This document shows, piece after piece, positions 15,944-24,174 of a stretch of 32,000 nucleotides of DNA. The first letter of the stretch is position 1. Each line of letters starts with the position of its first letter. Where the stretch lies: contig OY776328.1 in assembly GCA_963675515.1 (NCBI GenBank), positions 1,770,001 through 1,802,000 of the forward strand. The letters run 5' to 3'. The translations under genes and the position numbers were made by a program. This DNA is from Coprobacillaceae bacterium. GTDB taxonomy: Bacteria; Bacillota_I; Bacilli_A; Erysipelotrichales; Coprobacillaceae. The notes beneath the pieces are model-generated. The model was not told the origin of the DNA, did no database searches, and saw only the letters and a program-made list of their open reading frames with translations.

Positions 15944-17277
15944 TGGACTACAACATACTATTCTCCAAAGCCAAAGATCTTAACATCGAAGCATTGGAGC
16001 TTTATGAGGCGACAACCAAAGACATCGAGGTCAGTCTTTTTGAAGGAGAAGTTGACGATTACAATTCAACCAACATCAAGGGACTGGCAATCAGGGGGAT
16101 TTATCAGGGTAAAGAAGGAACAACTTTTATCGAGAAATTCAACGATGAACTAGCCGATAAGATACTTGAAAGGATCATTTCCAGCGCCAGGACGATCGAA
16201 AATGACGATGACGTGTTTTTCAACCGGTGTGCCGGTAAGTACAATTCGTGCCAGACTTACTATCCCGAGCTGGAAAACATTCAGACCCAGGATATCATTT
16301 CATTGTTAAAAAGGTTGGAAAAAGCCGTTTTGGAACAGGACAGCCGCATCAAGCAAGTCATGTCCACCAACTTTGCGATATCGCAGAATGAAATCAGAAT
16401 CGTCAATTCCTATGGTCTCAATTTGCAACAAAAAAACAATTATGCCATCTTGTCTTCATCATTGATGGTTTGTGAAAGAGATGACACCAAAACCGGTTTT
16501 GATTACCAGGTGAAATTTGCCATCGATGATTTTTCGGTCGATGCCATTGCCAAAAAAGCCGTAAACAAGGCGGTTTCGATGCTCCACGCCAAGACTGTCA
16601 AATCAGGCAAATATAACGTCATCATCAAAAATGAGGCGATGATAGGCATTTTGAGTTCACTTATCCCCAGTCTAAGTGGCGACCGGGTCAACAAGGGATT
16701 GTCAAAATTCAAGGACAGCCTGAACAAGTTGGTTTTTAATGAGAACCTTACAATAATCGACGACCCCCAACTGGTCAACGGCATTCGATCGACGCCATTC
16801 GACGATGAGGGAACCCCGGCTTTGAAAAAGGCTGTTGTGGAAAACGGTGTCATAAAAACATTTATGCACAACCTTAAAACTGGAAAGAAAGCAAATGCAT
16901 CATCAACCGGGAACGGCTTTAAAAACGGCTACAAAGGCGAAGTTGGCATCAAACCGACCAACTTCTTCATTCTACCTGGAAATGACAGTTTTGAACAACT
17001 CCTTGAAAAGGCATCATCTGGAATAGTCATCGAAAATATCCAGGGGCTTCATTCAGGAATGAACACCTTGACAGGGGACTTCTCACTGCAGTGTTCTGGA
17101 CACAAGATTGACAGCAAAAAGGTGTCCGGTCCGGTCAATCTTATCCTGCTTTCGGGAAACTTGTTCGATCTTTTAAATGACCAGCTGGTCGCCATCGGCT
17201 GTGACCAATACTTCTCTTACAGCGGAATCGCTTCTAGTTCACTGCTGTTCAAGGATTGTCTAATATCAGGAAAATGA
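15943..17277 (+). CDS. pmbA: PmbA/TldE-family partner protein (444 aa)
   Basis: Start MDYNILF at 15943 in a TGATG stop/start overlap with tldD. TldD/PmbA fold family without HExxxH. The ORF-track start at 15847 is an unsupported extension. Confidence 0.88.
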   Translation: MDYNILFSKAKDLNIEALELYEATTKDIEVSLFEGEVDDYNSTNIKGLAIRGIYQGKEGTTFIEKFNDELADKILERIISSARTIENDDDVFFNRCAGKYNSCQTYYPELENIQTQDIISLLKRLEKAVLEQDSRIKQVMSTNFAISQNEIRIVNSYGLNLQQKNNYAILSSSLMVCERDDTKTGFDYQVKFAIDDFSVDAIAKKAVNKAVSMLHAKTVKSGKYNVIIKNEAMIGILSSLIPSLSGDRVNKGLSKFKDSLNKLVFNENLTIIDDPQLVNGIRSTPFDDEGTPALKKAVVENGVIKTFMHNLKTGKKANASSTGNGFKNGYKGEVGIKPTNFFILPGNDSFEQLLEKASSGIVIENIQGLHSGMNTLTGDFSLQCSGHKIDSKKVSGPVNLILLSGNLFDLLNDQLVAIGCDQYFSYSGIASSSLLFKDCLISGK

Positions 17278-17283
17278 TTTGGG

Positions 17284-17309
17284 CTGCCAGGAGACTGGCA
17301 GTTTTTTTG
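17284..17309 (+). terminator. Rho-independent terminator after pmbA
   Basis: CTGCCAG/CTGGCAG stem with a GAGA loop, followed by a T7 run. Confidence 0.85.
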
Positions 17310-17365
17310 TTTTTTAAAGTAATCGGATTGTTTGTTCGGTATTAATTATAAAGGGGGATGAGTAA

Positions 17366-18352
17366 ATGCATAAATTATTAATCAACATTCTCAATTACGC
17401 AATAGCCAAAGGATCAAGCGACATTCATTTCGTGATGAAAGAAAAATGTCTTATCAGTCTTAGGATTCACAATGAGATGGTCGTCTATAGAAACCTGCCA
17501 TACCAACAGGGATTGAGGTTGCTCAATTATATCCGCTATTTTAGCAGAATCGACACCAACTTCAAGCTCAAGCCTCAAACCGGAGCCTTCAGCCTGGATT
17601 TCAACGATTGCAATTACAGTTTCAGGACATCTTCATTGCCGGCAAACAAGAAGGATTCAATTGTAATAAGGATCCTGAACAACCATTCCAGGATAGATCT
17701 GAATTCAATTTCCAAGGACTATAGGATAAATGAATTTCTCACATCAATTGCGGCAAAACGAAACGGCCTGTTTTTGATATGTGGTCCGACCGGATCGGGA
17801 AAAAGCACATCACTCTATGCCTTGCTCGACTATCTTGATGCAAACTTCCACAGGAACATAATAACGATAGAAGATCCCATCGAGATGCCAAAGGATTACT
17901 GCCTACAGATCCAGTTGAATGAGTCAATGGGGATAAGCTATCAGACGACCCTCAAACAGATATTGCGCCATGACCCGGATGTCATAATGATCGGTGAGAT
18001 CCGGGATTCGATGACGGCCAAGCTTGTCGTGGAAGCGTCATTGACCGGCCATTTGGTACTAAGTACCCTTCATAGTTCGAATTGCCTTCAGGCACTAAGC
18101 AGGCTGATGAATCTTGGAATCACCAGATATGACCTTTCGGAAATAATAAAGGGCATCTGCTGCCAGCGAATTGTTTTCGACGAACACAAAGACCTGCTAT
18201 TGCTTAGCGAGTTTATCGACGGGAAGAATCTCAACAGTTATTTCTTGAACCGTGATTACGAAATTTACAGTTTTTCAAGAAATATCGAGAAGCTAAATGA
18301 ATCCGGTCATATTTCAGCAAAATTCAAGGAGCAGCTTGAAAATGAACTATGA
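17366..18352 (+). CDS. comGA: Competence pseudopilus assembly ATPase ComGA (PulE/GspE family)
   Basis: Walker A GPTGSGKST, Walker B VIMIGEIRD, Asp/His boxes. First gene of a 7-gene comG-like operon. Confidence 0.9.
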   Translation: MHKLLINILNYAIAKGSSDIHFVMKEKCLISLRIHNEMVVYRNLPYQQGLRLLNYIRYFSRIDTNFKLKPQTGAFSLDFNDCNYSFRTSSLPANKKDSIVIRILNNHSRIDLNSISKDYRINEFLTSIAAKRNGLFLICGPTGSGKSTSLYALLDYLDANFHRNIITIEDPIEMPKDYCLQIQLNESMGISYQTTLKQILRHDPDVIMIGEIRDSMTAKLVVEASLTGHLVLSTLHSSNCLQALSRLMNLGITRYDLSEIIKGICCQRIVFDEHKDLLLLSEFIDGKNLNSYFLNRDYEIYSFSRNIEKLNESGHISAKFKEQLENEL

Positions 18353-19340
18353 TCTAAAAGGACTCGAAACATTGGCTCTGCTGCTGGAACAAGGCTTCTA
18401 TCTCGATGACGCTTTGAAATTGGTAATGACAATATATCCATCAAAAAATTTCAAGCTAATCACCAAGAAAATCAAGGAAGGCGAGAGTCTTGAAAATGCC
18501 ATAATCAAAACGGGCTTGCCGAAGGTTTTTATTGAATATTTCAAATTTTTTGACAATGGCCTCAATACCGCCGCTGCCATCAGGCAAGCTCTCAGCCTTA
18601 CCAACGAAAACATTGAAACCAAAAAGTTCCTATTGAACAAGTTGAGTTACCCCATGATCCTTATTTTATTTGTGAGTGGTTTTTGCATATTTTTGATATT
18701 CAGTCTGATGCCCCAGATAAACCTTCTATTCACATCCTTCAATATCGAGCCGACAATCTTCACCAACCTTGTGTTTTCCTTTTTGAATCTATTTCCATTG
18801 GCGATATTGGCTGTTTTGTTATCCATTGTCACAACTTGTGGAATGGTTGCTTATGGAATAAGGAAAAACAATTTTGGAATCATTGATTTTTTCAATGTAA
18901 TTCCCGGGTTCGGTTGGATTATAAGAAGCTATTATTCGTTGAAGTTCGCTATATACTACAATGAACTGGTCAAAAGTGGATATGATACTGGCAACATAAT
19001 CCACATTCTTTATTCCCAGATGGATTCAAGTGACCTAAAAATGATCATCTATGAACTTAAAAAAGGCATAGAGGAAGGTTCACTGGTCGAACAGGCTGTC
19101 CGGGATTTTAGCTATTTCAATGATTATCTCAAGAGTTATTTCTTTCTCATGATAGTCAACAACCTCGAAAACAAAAACCTCGATCTTTATATCCGGATCC
19201 AAAAGAAGCTGATTCACAGTCTGATCGAACGTGTCACAATTGTCATCACCCCATGTGTCTTTGGTTTTGTGGGAATATTCATGGTCAGCATCTATCTTGC
19301 CATCATCCTTCCCCTGATGAATTCAATCGAACTTATGTAA
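18342..19340 (+). CDS. comGB: Competence pseudopilus platform protein ComGB (GspF/PilC family)
   Basis: ATG at 18342 overlaps the comGA stop. Polytopic membrane protein with GspF-type repeats. Confidence 0.85.
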   Translation: MNYDLKGLETLALLLEQGFYLDDALKLVMTIYPSKNFKLITKKIKEGESLENAIIKTGLPKVFIEYFKFFDNGLNTAAAIRQALSLTNENIETKKFLLNKLSYPMILILFVSGFCIFLIFSLMPQINLLFTSFNIEPTIFTNLVFSFLNLFPLAILAVLLSIVTTCGMVAYGIRKNNFGIIDFFNVIPGFGWIIRSYYSLKFAIYYNELVKSGYDTGNIIHILYSQMDSSDLKMIIYELKKGIEEGSLVEQAVRDFSYFNDYLKSYFFLMIVNNLENKNLDLYIRIQKKLIHSLIERVTIVITPCVFGFVGIFMVSIYLAIILPLMNSIELM

Positions 19341-19354
19341 AAAAGGAGATCAAT

Positions 19355-19657
19355 ATGAATAAGAACGGTTTTACATTAATTGAAATGATATTTTGCTTAA
19401 GTGTTGTCCTGGTGCTGTTTTTGCTTGTAATTCCAAATGTCACAAGCAAAAACACGGTGGTAAAAGACCGTGGTTGCAAAGCTCAGGTCGAAGTGGTCAA
19501 CTCCCAGATCCTTCTTTATGAAATCGAGTACGGACATTTGCCCGATTCGATCGATGACCTTACCAGCGGCAGCCACCCTTACCTGACCAAAGAGCAGGCA
19601 ACGTGTCCAAATGGAATGGAAATATATATCGAGGACGGCCAGGCTTATGCGAGATAA
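19355..19657 (+). CDS. comGC: Major competence pseudopilin ComGC (100 aa)
   Basis: SD AAGGAG, ATG at 19355. Class III signal peptide MNKNG/FTLIEM with a hydrophobic helix. Confidence 0.85.
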   Translation: MNKNGFTLIEMIFCLSVVLVLFLLVIPNVTSKNTVVKDRGCKAQVEVVNSQILLYEIEYGHLPDSIDDLTSGSHPYLTKEQATCPNGMEIYIEDGQAYAR

Positions 19658-20051
19658 CAGGGGATTCACATTGATTGAAATGGTCTTTTCATTTTCAATC
19701 ATGATGCTGCTGACAGTGTTTTCGATACCTTTGGTGAATATGACATTGACACCTGATTTGCTTTCTCAGGCAAACCATTTGATTGTCTATGTCAATTATG
19801 CCAAATCATACGCCATAAACAACCGCAGGAGAGTAGAGCTAAATTTCGATAAAGATTCACTGGAAATAAGGTGCCAAAACGAGTTGTTGGAAGAATACAC
19901 ATTGGCCAAGGCCCACTTCTCCAAAGATCTTTGCTTATGGTTCAATGAAGCGGGCAACATCTCCCGGGCCAATACCATCTACTTGAAAAACTCAAAGGAT
20001 CAAGTCAAGCTCACTTTCAACCTTGGAACCGGGAACTGTTATGCAAAATAA
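19647..20051 (+). CDS. comGD: Minor pseudopilin ComGD-like
   Basis: MRDNRG/FTLIEM prepilin motif. Overlaps the comGC stop. Confidence 0.75.
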   Translation: MRDNRGFTLIEMVFSFSIMMLLTVFSIPLVNMTLTPDLLSQANHLIVYVNYAKSYAINNRRRVELNFDKDSLEIRCQNELLEEYTLAKAHFSKDLCLWFNEAGNISRANTIYLKNSKDQVKLTFNLGTGNCYAK

Positions 20052-20217
20052 CCGTGGCAATAGCCTTATAAGCAGCTTGCTTGCCTTTTCGATCTTTATG
20101 ACGACAGTTGTCATGTTGATGAGCGTATATAACCAGACATTAAAAAAAAGCGCGCTGCTTATAACAGAATATAACGAGGTAATTATTGATGAAAAGAATC
20201 TGCCTGAATTCCAATGA
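20041..20217 (+). CDS. comGE: Minor pseudopilin ComGE-like (58 aa)
   Basis: Position in the operon, an N-terminal hydrophobic helix after MQNNRGNS, and overlap with the comGD stop. Confidence 0.55.
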   Translation: MQNNRGNSLISSLLAFSIFMTTVVMLMSVYNQTLKKSALLITEYNEVIIDEKNLPEFQ

Positions 20218-20638
20218 TGGTTTTACCCTGGTGGAATCGCTACTTGCCTTTGGAATATCCATTATCGTCATTTCCAGCTTGAGCATCTTTGGAACACTGA
20301 AATTATCACTTCAGGGCAAGTATATCGACAACAGTCTGAACGTGGCTATATATCAGCTGGCAGACACTCTGGTTACCGCAAGAAACATAAGCTATGGAAC
20401 GACTTTGGAATTCGAAGACAGCCAAGGCGATGTGAATCAGATCTTTTTGGATGAAGATGTACTTGTGCGCACACCAGGATATGTGATTTACACAAAAAAC
20501 ATATCCCGGATTGAGTTCTATTTGCAAGACAATCTGATTTATCTCGAACTGGAAAAGCAGGGGAAAATCCATACATTCTTGGTGGGATCGGATTATCAAA
20601 ACGAGGTGGAGTCGGATGAGACGGCAATCATACAATAG
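20189..20638 (+). CDS. comGF: Minor pseudopilin ComGF-like
   Basis: SD ACGAGGT, ATG at 20189. NSNDG/FTLVESL prepilin-like motif. Confidence 0.7.
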   Translation: MKRICLNSNDGFTLVESLLAFGISIIVISSLSIFGTLKLSLQGKYIDNSLNVAIYQLADTLVTARNISYGTTLEFEDSQGDVNQIFLDEDVLVRTPGYVIYTKNISRIEFYLQDNLIYLELEKQGKIHTFLVGSDYQNEVESDETAIIQ

Positions 20639-20999
20639 TGGCAATGTATTGATAATAGTATTGGTCTATTTCACTCTTGCAACTTCTGCGATAACTCTTA
20701 TTTATACTAATGCGCTGGTCGCAAATCGCTCTTATCGGTCAAATGAAACGGCAATAAGCGACCGGCTCGAACTCGAATATATTGCCAATACTATCAAACT
20801 ACTCGATTTAAAGGATAATCCTGTCAACATGAATTTCAGCTACAAGCAAAGCCAATTCGGGATAGTAGCGTCACCGCAAGAATTGGACTCACTATGGAAA
20901 ATATCGATAACCGTTACGAAAAACACCTGTGATTATCATATAATTTCAACATTCGACAGTGAAAATCGATGCTTCAATTCATTTGAATTTGATGATTAA
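20616..20999 (+). CDS. comGG: ComGG-like protein (127 aa)
   Basis: SD GAGGTGGA, ATG at 20616 overlapping the comGF end. N-terminal transmembrane helix. Last position in the operon. Confidence 0.55.
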   Translation: MRRQSYNSGNVLIIVLVYFTLATSAITLIYTNALVANRSYRSNETAISDRLELEYIANTIKLLDLKDNPVNMNFSYKQSQFGIVASPQELDSLWKISITVTKNTCDYHIISTFDSENRCFNSFEFDD

Positions 21000-21002
21000 C
21001 TG

Positions 21003-21032
21003 TTTACAAAGCCGCATGTTTCTTGTTATAAT
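21003..21032 (+). promoter_or_regulatory. Putative efp promoter (extended -10)
   Basis: TTTACA (21003-21008), 18-nt spacer, TG-n-TATAAT (21024-21032). Confidence 0.5.
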
Positions 21033-21062
21033 GTTACGGTAAATTGCAAAGGAGATTTTAAA

Positions 21063-21620
21063 ATGATTAGTGTTGGAGATTTAAGACCAGGGATTACATT
21101 CTTATACGAAGGTAACCTTTATGTAGTATTAGACTACTCTCATAATAAAACTGCTCGCGCCGCAGCAAACATCCGCGTAAAAATGAAGAACCTTAGAACA
21201 GGTTCAACCACTGAAGTGACTTTTGGAAACAGTGAAAAAGTTGCCCGTGCCCATATCGACAAAAACAAAAAACAATATCTTTACAAAGATGGCGACAACC
21301 TGGTTTTCATGGATTTGGAAACTTATGAACAAATTGAAATTCCAGCTGCCAACTTGGAATGGGAAATCAACTTCCTGAAGGAAACCGACGAAGTCGAAGT
21401 CACTTCTTTTGAAGGAGAGGTATTGGGTGTTTCTTTACCAGTCAACGTTCCTTTCAAAATTATTGAGACTGAACCAGCAGTCAAAGGAGACACTGCTACA
21501 GGTGCTTCTAAAAACGCGATTATTGAAACAGGTTATCAAATCAAGGTTCCTTTGTTCATTTCCGAAGGGGAAACAGTTCTTGTTTCTACCGTTGATGGAA
21601 AATACCAAGGTAGAGCATAA
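21063..21620 (+). CDS. efp: Translation elongation factor P (185 aa) with Arg at loop-tip position 32
   Basis: Colinear with the B. subtilis EF-P sequence as I recall it (MISV.D.R.G..., C-terminal GDTATGASKNAIIETGY..VPLFI.EG). The loop reads HNKTARAAANIR, with codon CGC at 21156-21158. Confidence 0.96.
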   Translation: MISVGDLRPGITFLYEGNLYVVLDYSHNKTARAAANIRVKMKNLRTGSTTEVTFGNSEKVARAHIDKNKKQYLYKDGDNLVFMDLETYEQIEIPAANLEWEINFLKETDEVEVTSFEGEVLGVSLPVNVPFKIIETEPAVKGDTATGASKNAIIETGYQIKVPLFISEGETVLVSTVDGKYQGRA

Positions 21621-21719
21621 TTAACAGGTAATTGTAACTATCAATATTTGCAGTTGCGCAAACATAATTGTTTTGATAGAATTACGGACGAGATCTAGAA
21701 AAAGTTAATCTTTGAATTC

Positions 21720-21760
21720 AGGACGCAATGATGACTTAACGGATTCTTTGCGTCCTTTTA
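21720..21760 (+). terminator. Probable efp terminator, about 100 nt after the stop codon
   Basis: 9-bp stem AGGACGCAA/TTGCGTCCT (21720-21728 / 21748-21756) with a 19-nt loop, followed by TTTT. Confidence 0.55.
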
Positions 21761-21786
21761 GGTCTTGAAGCAAACAGTGTTATTAC

Positions 21787-21814
21787 TTGAAAAATCCGAG
21801 ATTTTTGATAAAAT
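21787..21814 (+). promoter_or_regulatory. Putative promoter of the asp23-nusB... operon (extended -10)
   Basis: TTGAAA (21787-21792), 16-nt spacer, TG-n-TAAAAT (21806-21814). Confidence 0.5.
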
Positions 21815-21838
21815 GATAATAATAAAGGAGCTACCCAT

Positions 21839-22183
21839 ATGAGCATAGAATATTATCAGATTGAAAAAGAAAACAATTACGGAAAGGTATTTATATCTCA
21901 AAATGTATTCGCAACTATTGCTGCGAAAAACATTAAAGATCTAGAAGGCGTTGAACTGGCTGGAAACACTACTATAAGAGTTCCGGGCGGGTCAAATCCA
22001 ATCGATATCGAGATTGCCAAAAACAACCAGGTCAACGTCAAACTGGAAGTTCTTGTCAATTATGGCCAAAATGTTTCCAATGTTGTTCATACCTTGCAAA
22101 GCAAAATCCACAGCGACGCTTTCGAGATGACGGGAATAAAGAACATCCTCGTGAATGTTGATGTTAAAGCAATAAAATTCTAA
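21839..22183 (+). CDS. Asp23/Gls24-family alkaline-shock/envelope stress protein (114 aa)
   Basis: Asp23-type sequence, and a position upstream of nusB like B. subtilis yqhY. Confidence 0.85.
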   Translation: MSIEYYQIEKENNYGKVFISQNVFATIAAKNIKDLEGVELAGNTTIRVPGGSNPIDIEIAKNNQVNVKLEVLVNYGQNVSNVVHTLQSKIHSDAFEMTGIKNILVNVDVKAIKF

Positions 22184-22226
22184 ATGTTTGATGGAAATCA
22201 AACATTTTCTTTTGAAGGAGAAAAAA

Positions 22227-22640
22227 ATGAGCGAAGTAGTAAAAGTAAGAAAAAAGGTAATCCGCGAAAAAGCCGTTATTGCCATCTACCAATATCTGAT
22301 GGAATCGAATGACCGGACAGACGTAATCAACAATCTGGTCAACGATCCGAGTTTGAAAGACCGCCAACATGAGATCAACGATGCTTTGTTTTTAGTGGAA
22401 AACACCCTAGGTAATTTTAGAGACTATCAGGTATTGATCAAACAAAACTTGAAACCTGGATGGACTATCAAGAGACTTTCAAAAATGGAATTGGCGATCA
22501 TGCTTATTGGCGTTTGCGAAATAGTTACCAACACGACTCCAAAAACGGTTGTGATCAACGAGGCTGTCAATATCGCCAAAAAATATTGTGACGATGATTC
22601 CTACAAATTCATCAACGGAGTCCTGAACCAAATTGGATAA
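22227..22640 (+). CDS. nusB: Transcription antitermination factor NusB
   Basis: SD AAGGAG, ATG at 22227. NusB family sequence (REKAVIAIYQ..., INEAVNIAKKY.., KFINGVLN). Confidence 0.9.
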   Translation: MSEVVKVRKKVIREKAVIAIYQYLMESNDRTDVINNLVNDPSLKDRQHEINDALFLVENTLGNFRDYQVLIKQNLKPGWTIKRLSKMELAIMLIGVCEIVTNTTPKTVVINEAVNIAKKYCDDDSYKFINGVLNQIG

Positions 22641-23952
22641 CCAAAAATACCTTACGGTATCCGGCCTCAATCGCTATCTTGGAGCATATATCGCCCAGGA
22701 TGTGCAATTGAACAATGTCCTGGTAAAAGGCGAACTTTCCAATGTCGCCTACACTTCACAAGGTCATATATATTTCACATTGAAAGAGGAAAGTTCAGTC
22801 ATCAAGTGCGTCATTTTCAGAAGCATTACCTCAAAGATAAAATTCCGGCTTGAGGATGGCATGAGCGTCTTCGTCGAGGGCAGGGTCGGCATTTATGAAG
22901 GTTCAAGCACCTACAATATTTATGTTAAGGATATCCAGTTGGATGGCATCGGATCACTATTCCAGCAATTCGAGCAATTGAAAGTAAAGCTGGCCAAAGA
23001 GGGTCTTTTCGACCAGGAACACAAGTTGCCAATACCTTCCATGCCTTCGCGCGTGGCTATTCTTTGTGGCGGGAACACTGCAGCCCAGGCAGACATATAC
23101 CGGACTATAAAAAACCGATTCCCGTTTTGCCAGATGTTTTTCTTTCCCGTGAAGGTTAGTGGTCAACAAGCCGTCGATGATATTATCGCCACCTTGACCA
23201 GGATACTTCCATTGAAATTTCCTTTGGTGATAATCGCACGGGGCGGAGGAAGCTTCGAGGATTTGTATTGTTTCAATGACGAGAATCTAGCCAGATTCAT
23301 ATACAATTATCCTATTCCGATCATTACCGGGATAGGTCATGAAACCGATACCACGATAGCCGATTTTGTTGCCGACTATCGGGCAGCTACACCAACCGCA
23401 GCTGCTGTTGTTGCCACGGTTGATGTCAACAGTCTGCTTGTCGATATCAATTCCAAAAATGCCAAACTGTTCAGCTTGATCAAACGCGAACTCGATTTCG
23501 CAAAAAAGCAATTGTCAATGTTGGAAAACAACTACATATTGAAAAATCCCGACAAGCTTTATGCATCTTCACGGATGTCTTTGGATCTGATGACCAACAG
23601 ACTAAATCATTCGATAAAATCGATTGTCACTGATCACAAATCCGATTTCAACAACACCCACCACAGTTTCATATCATTGACAACTGATTTCATCAAGGCG
23701 CAGCAAAATGAGATAGGCAAGAAGCAATTGATAATCAATCAAATAATCAAACGCAAAATGGAAAAATCCCATATGCGTTTGGAACACAATTTGCAAAGCT
23801 TAGACAATCTGAGTCCTTTGAAGGTCATGAATCGCGGGTATTCGATTGTAAGAAAAGACAACGAGATCATAAAAACAGCCAAGCAACTAGAAAAAAACGA
23901 CGAAATCACCGTCACTTTTGGTGAAGGAAGCATAAATGCGAGGGTAGAATAA
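22633..23952 (+). CDS. xseA: Exodeoxyribonuclease VII large subunit
   Basis: TTG start overlaps the nusB stop. N-terminal OB fold (VSGLNRYL...VKGELSN), ARGGGS and GIGHETD motifs. Confidence 0.93.
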   Translation: MDNQKYLTVSGLNRYLGAYIAQDVQLNNVLVKGELSNVAYTSQGHIYFTLKEESSVIKCVIFRSITSKIKFRLEDGMSVFVEGRVGIYEGSSTYNIYVKDIQLDGIGSLFQQFEQLKVKLAKEGLFDQEHKLPIPSMPSRVAILCGGNTAAQADIYRTIKNRFPFCQMFFFPVKVSGQQAVDDIIATLTRILPLKFPLVIIARGGGSFEDLYCFNDENLARFIYNYPIPIITGIGHETDTTIADFVADYRAATPTAAAVVATVDVNSLLVDINSKNAKLFSLIKRELDFAKKQLSMLENNYILKNPDKLYASSRMSLDLMTNRLNHSIKSIVTDHKSDFNNTHHSFISLTTDFIKAQQNEIGKKQLIINQIIKRKMEKSHMRLEHNLQSLDNLSPLKVMNRGYSIVRKDNEIIKTAKQLEKNDEITVTFGEGSINARVE

Positions 23953-24173
23953 TGGAAAATAAAAACATATCTTTTGAACAGGCGATGAGTCGCTTGAATG
24001 AAATAATCAGCCAACTCGAAAGCGAGCAGACGTCTTTGGAAAAGAGTGTCGAATTGTTCCAAGAGGGAATCGAATTGTCGAAAATCTGCAATTCAAAACT
24101 CTCCAATATCGAAGACAGGGTCGCAAAGATAATGACTGCCAATGGATTGGAAGATTATACACCAGAGGGTTAA
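23952..24173 (+). CDS. xseB: Exodeoxyribonuclease VII small subunit
   Basis: TAATG overlap with xseA. FEQAMSRLNEII..LE motif. Confidence 0.9.
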   Translation: MENKNISFEQAMSRLNEIISQLESEQTSLEKSVELFQEGIELSKICNSKLSNIEDRVAKIMTANGLEDYTPEG

Positions 24174-24174
24174 A

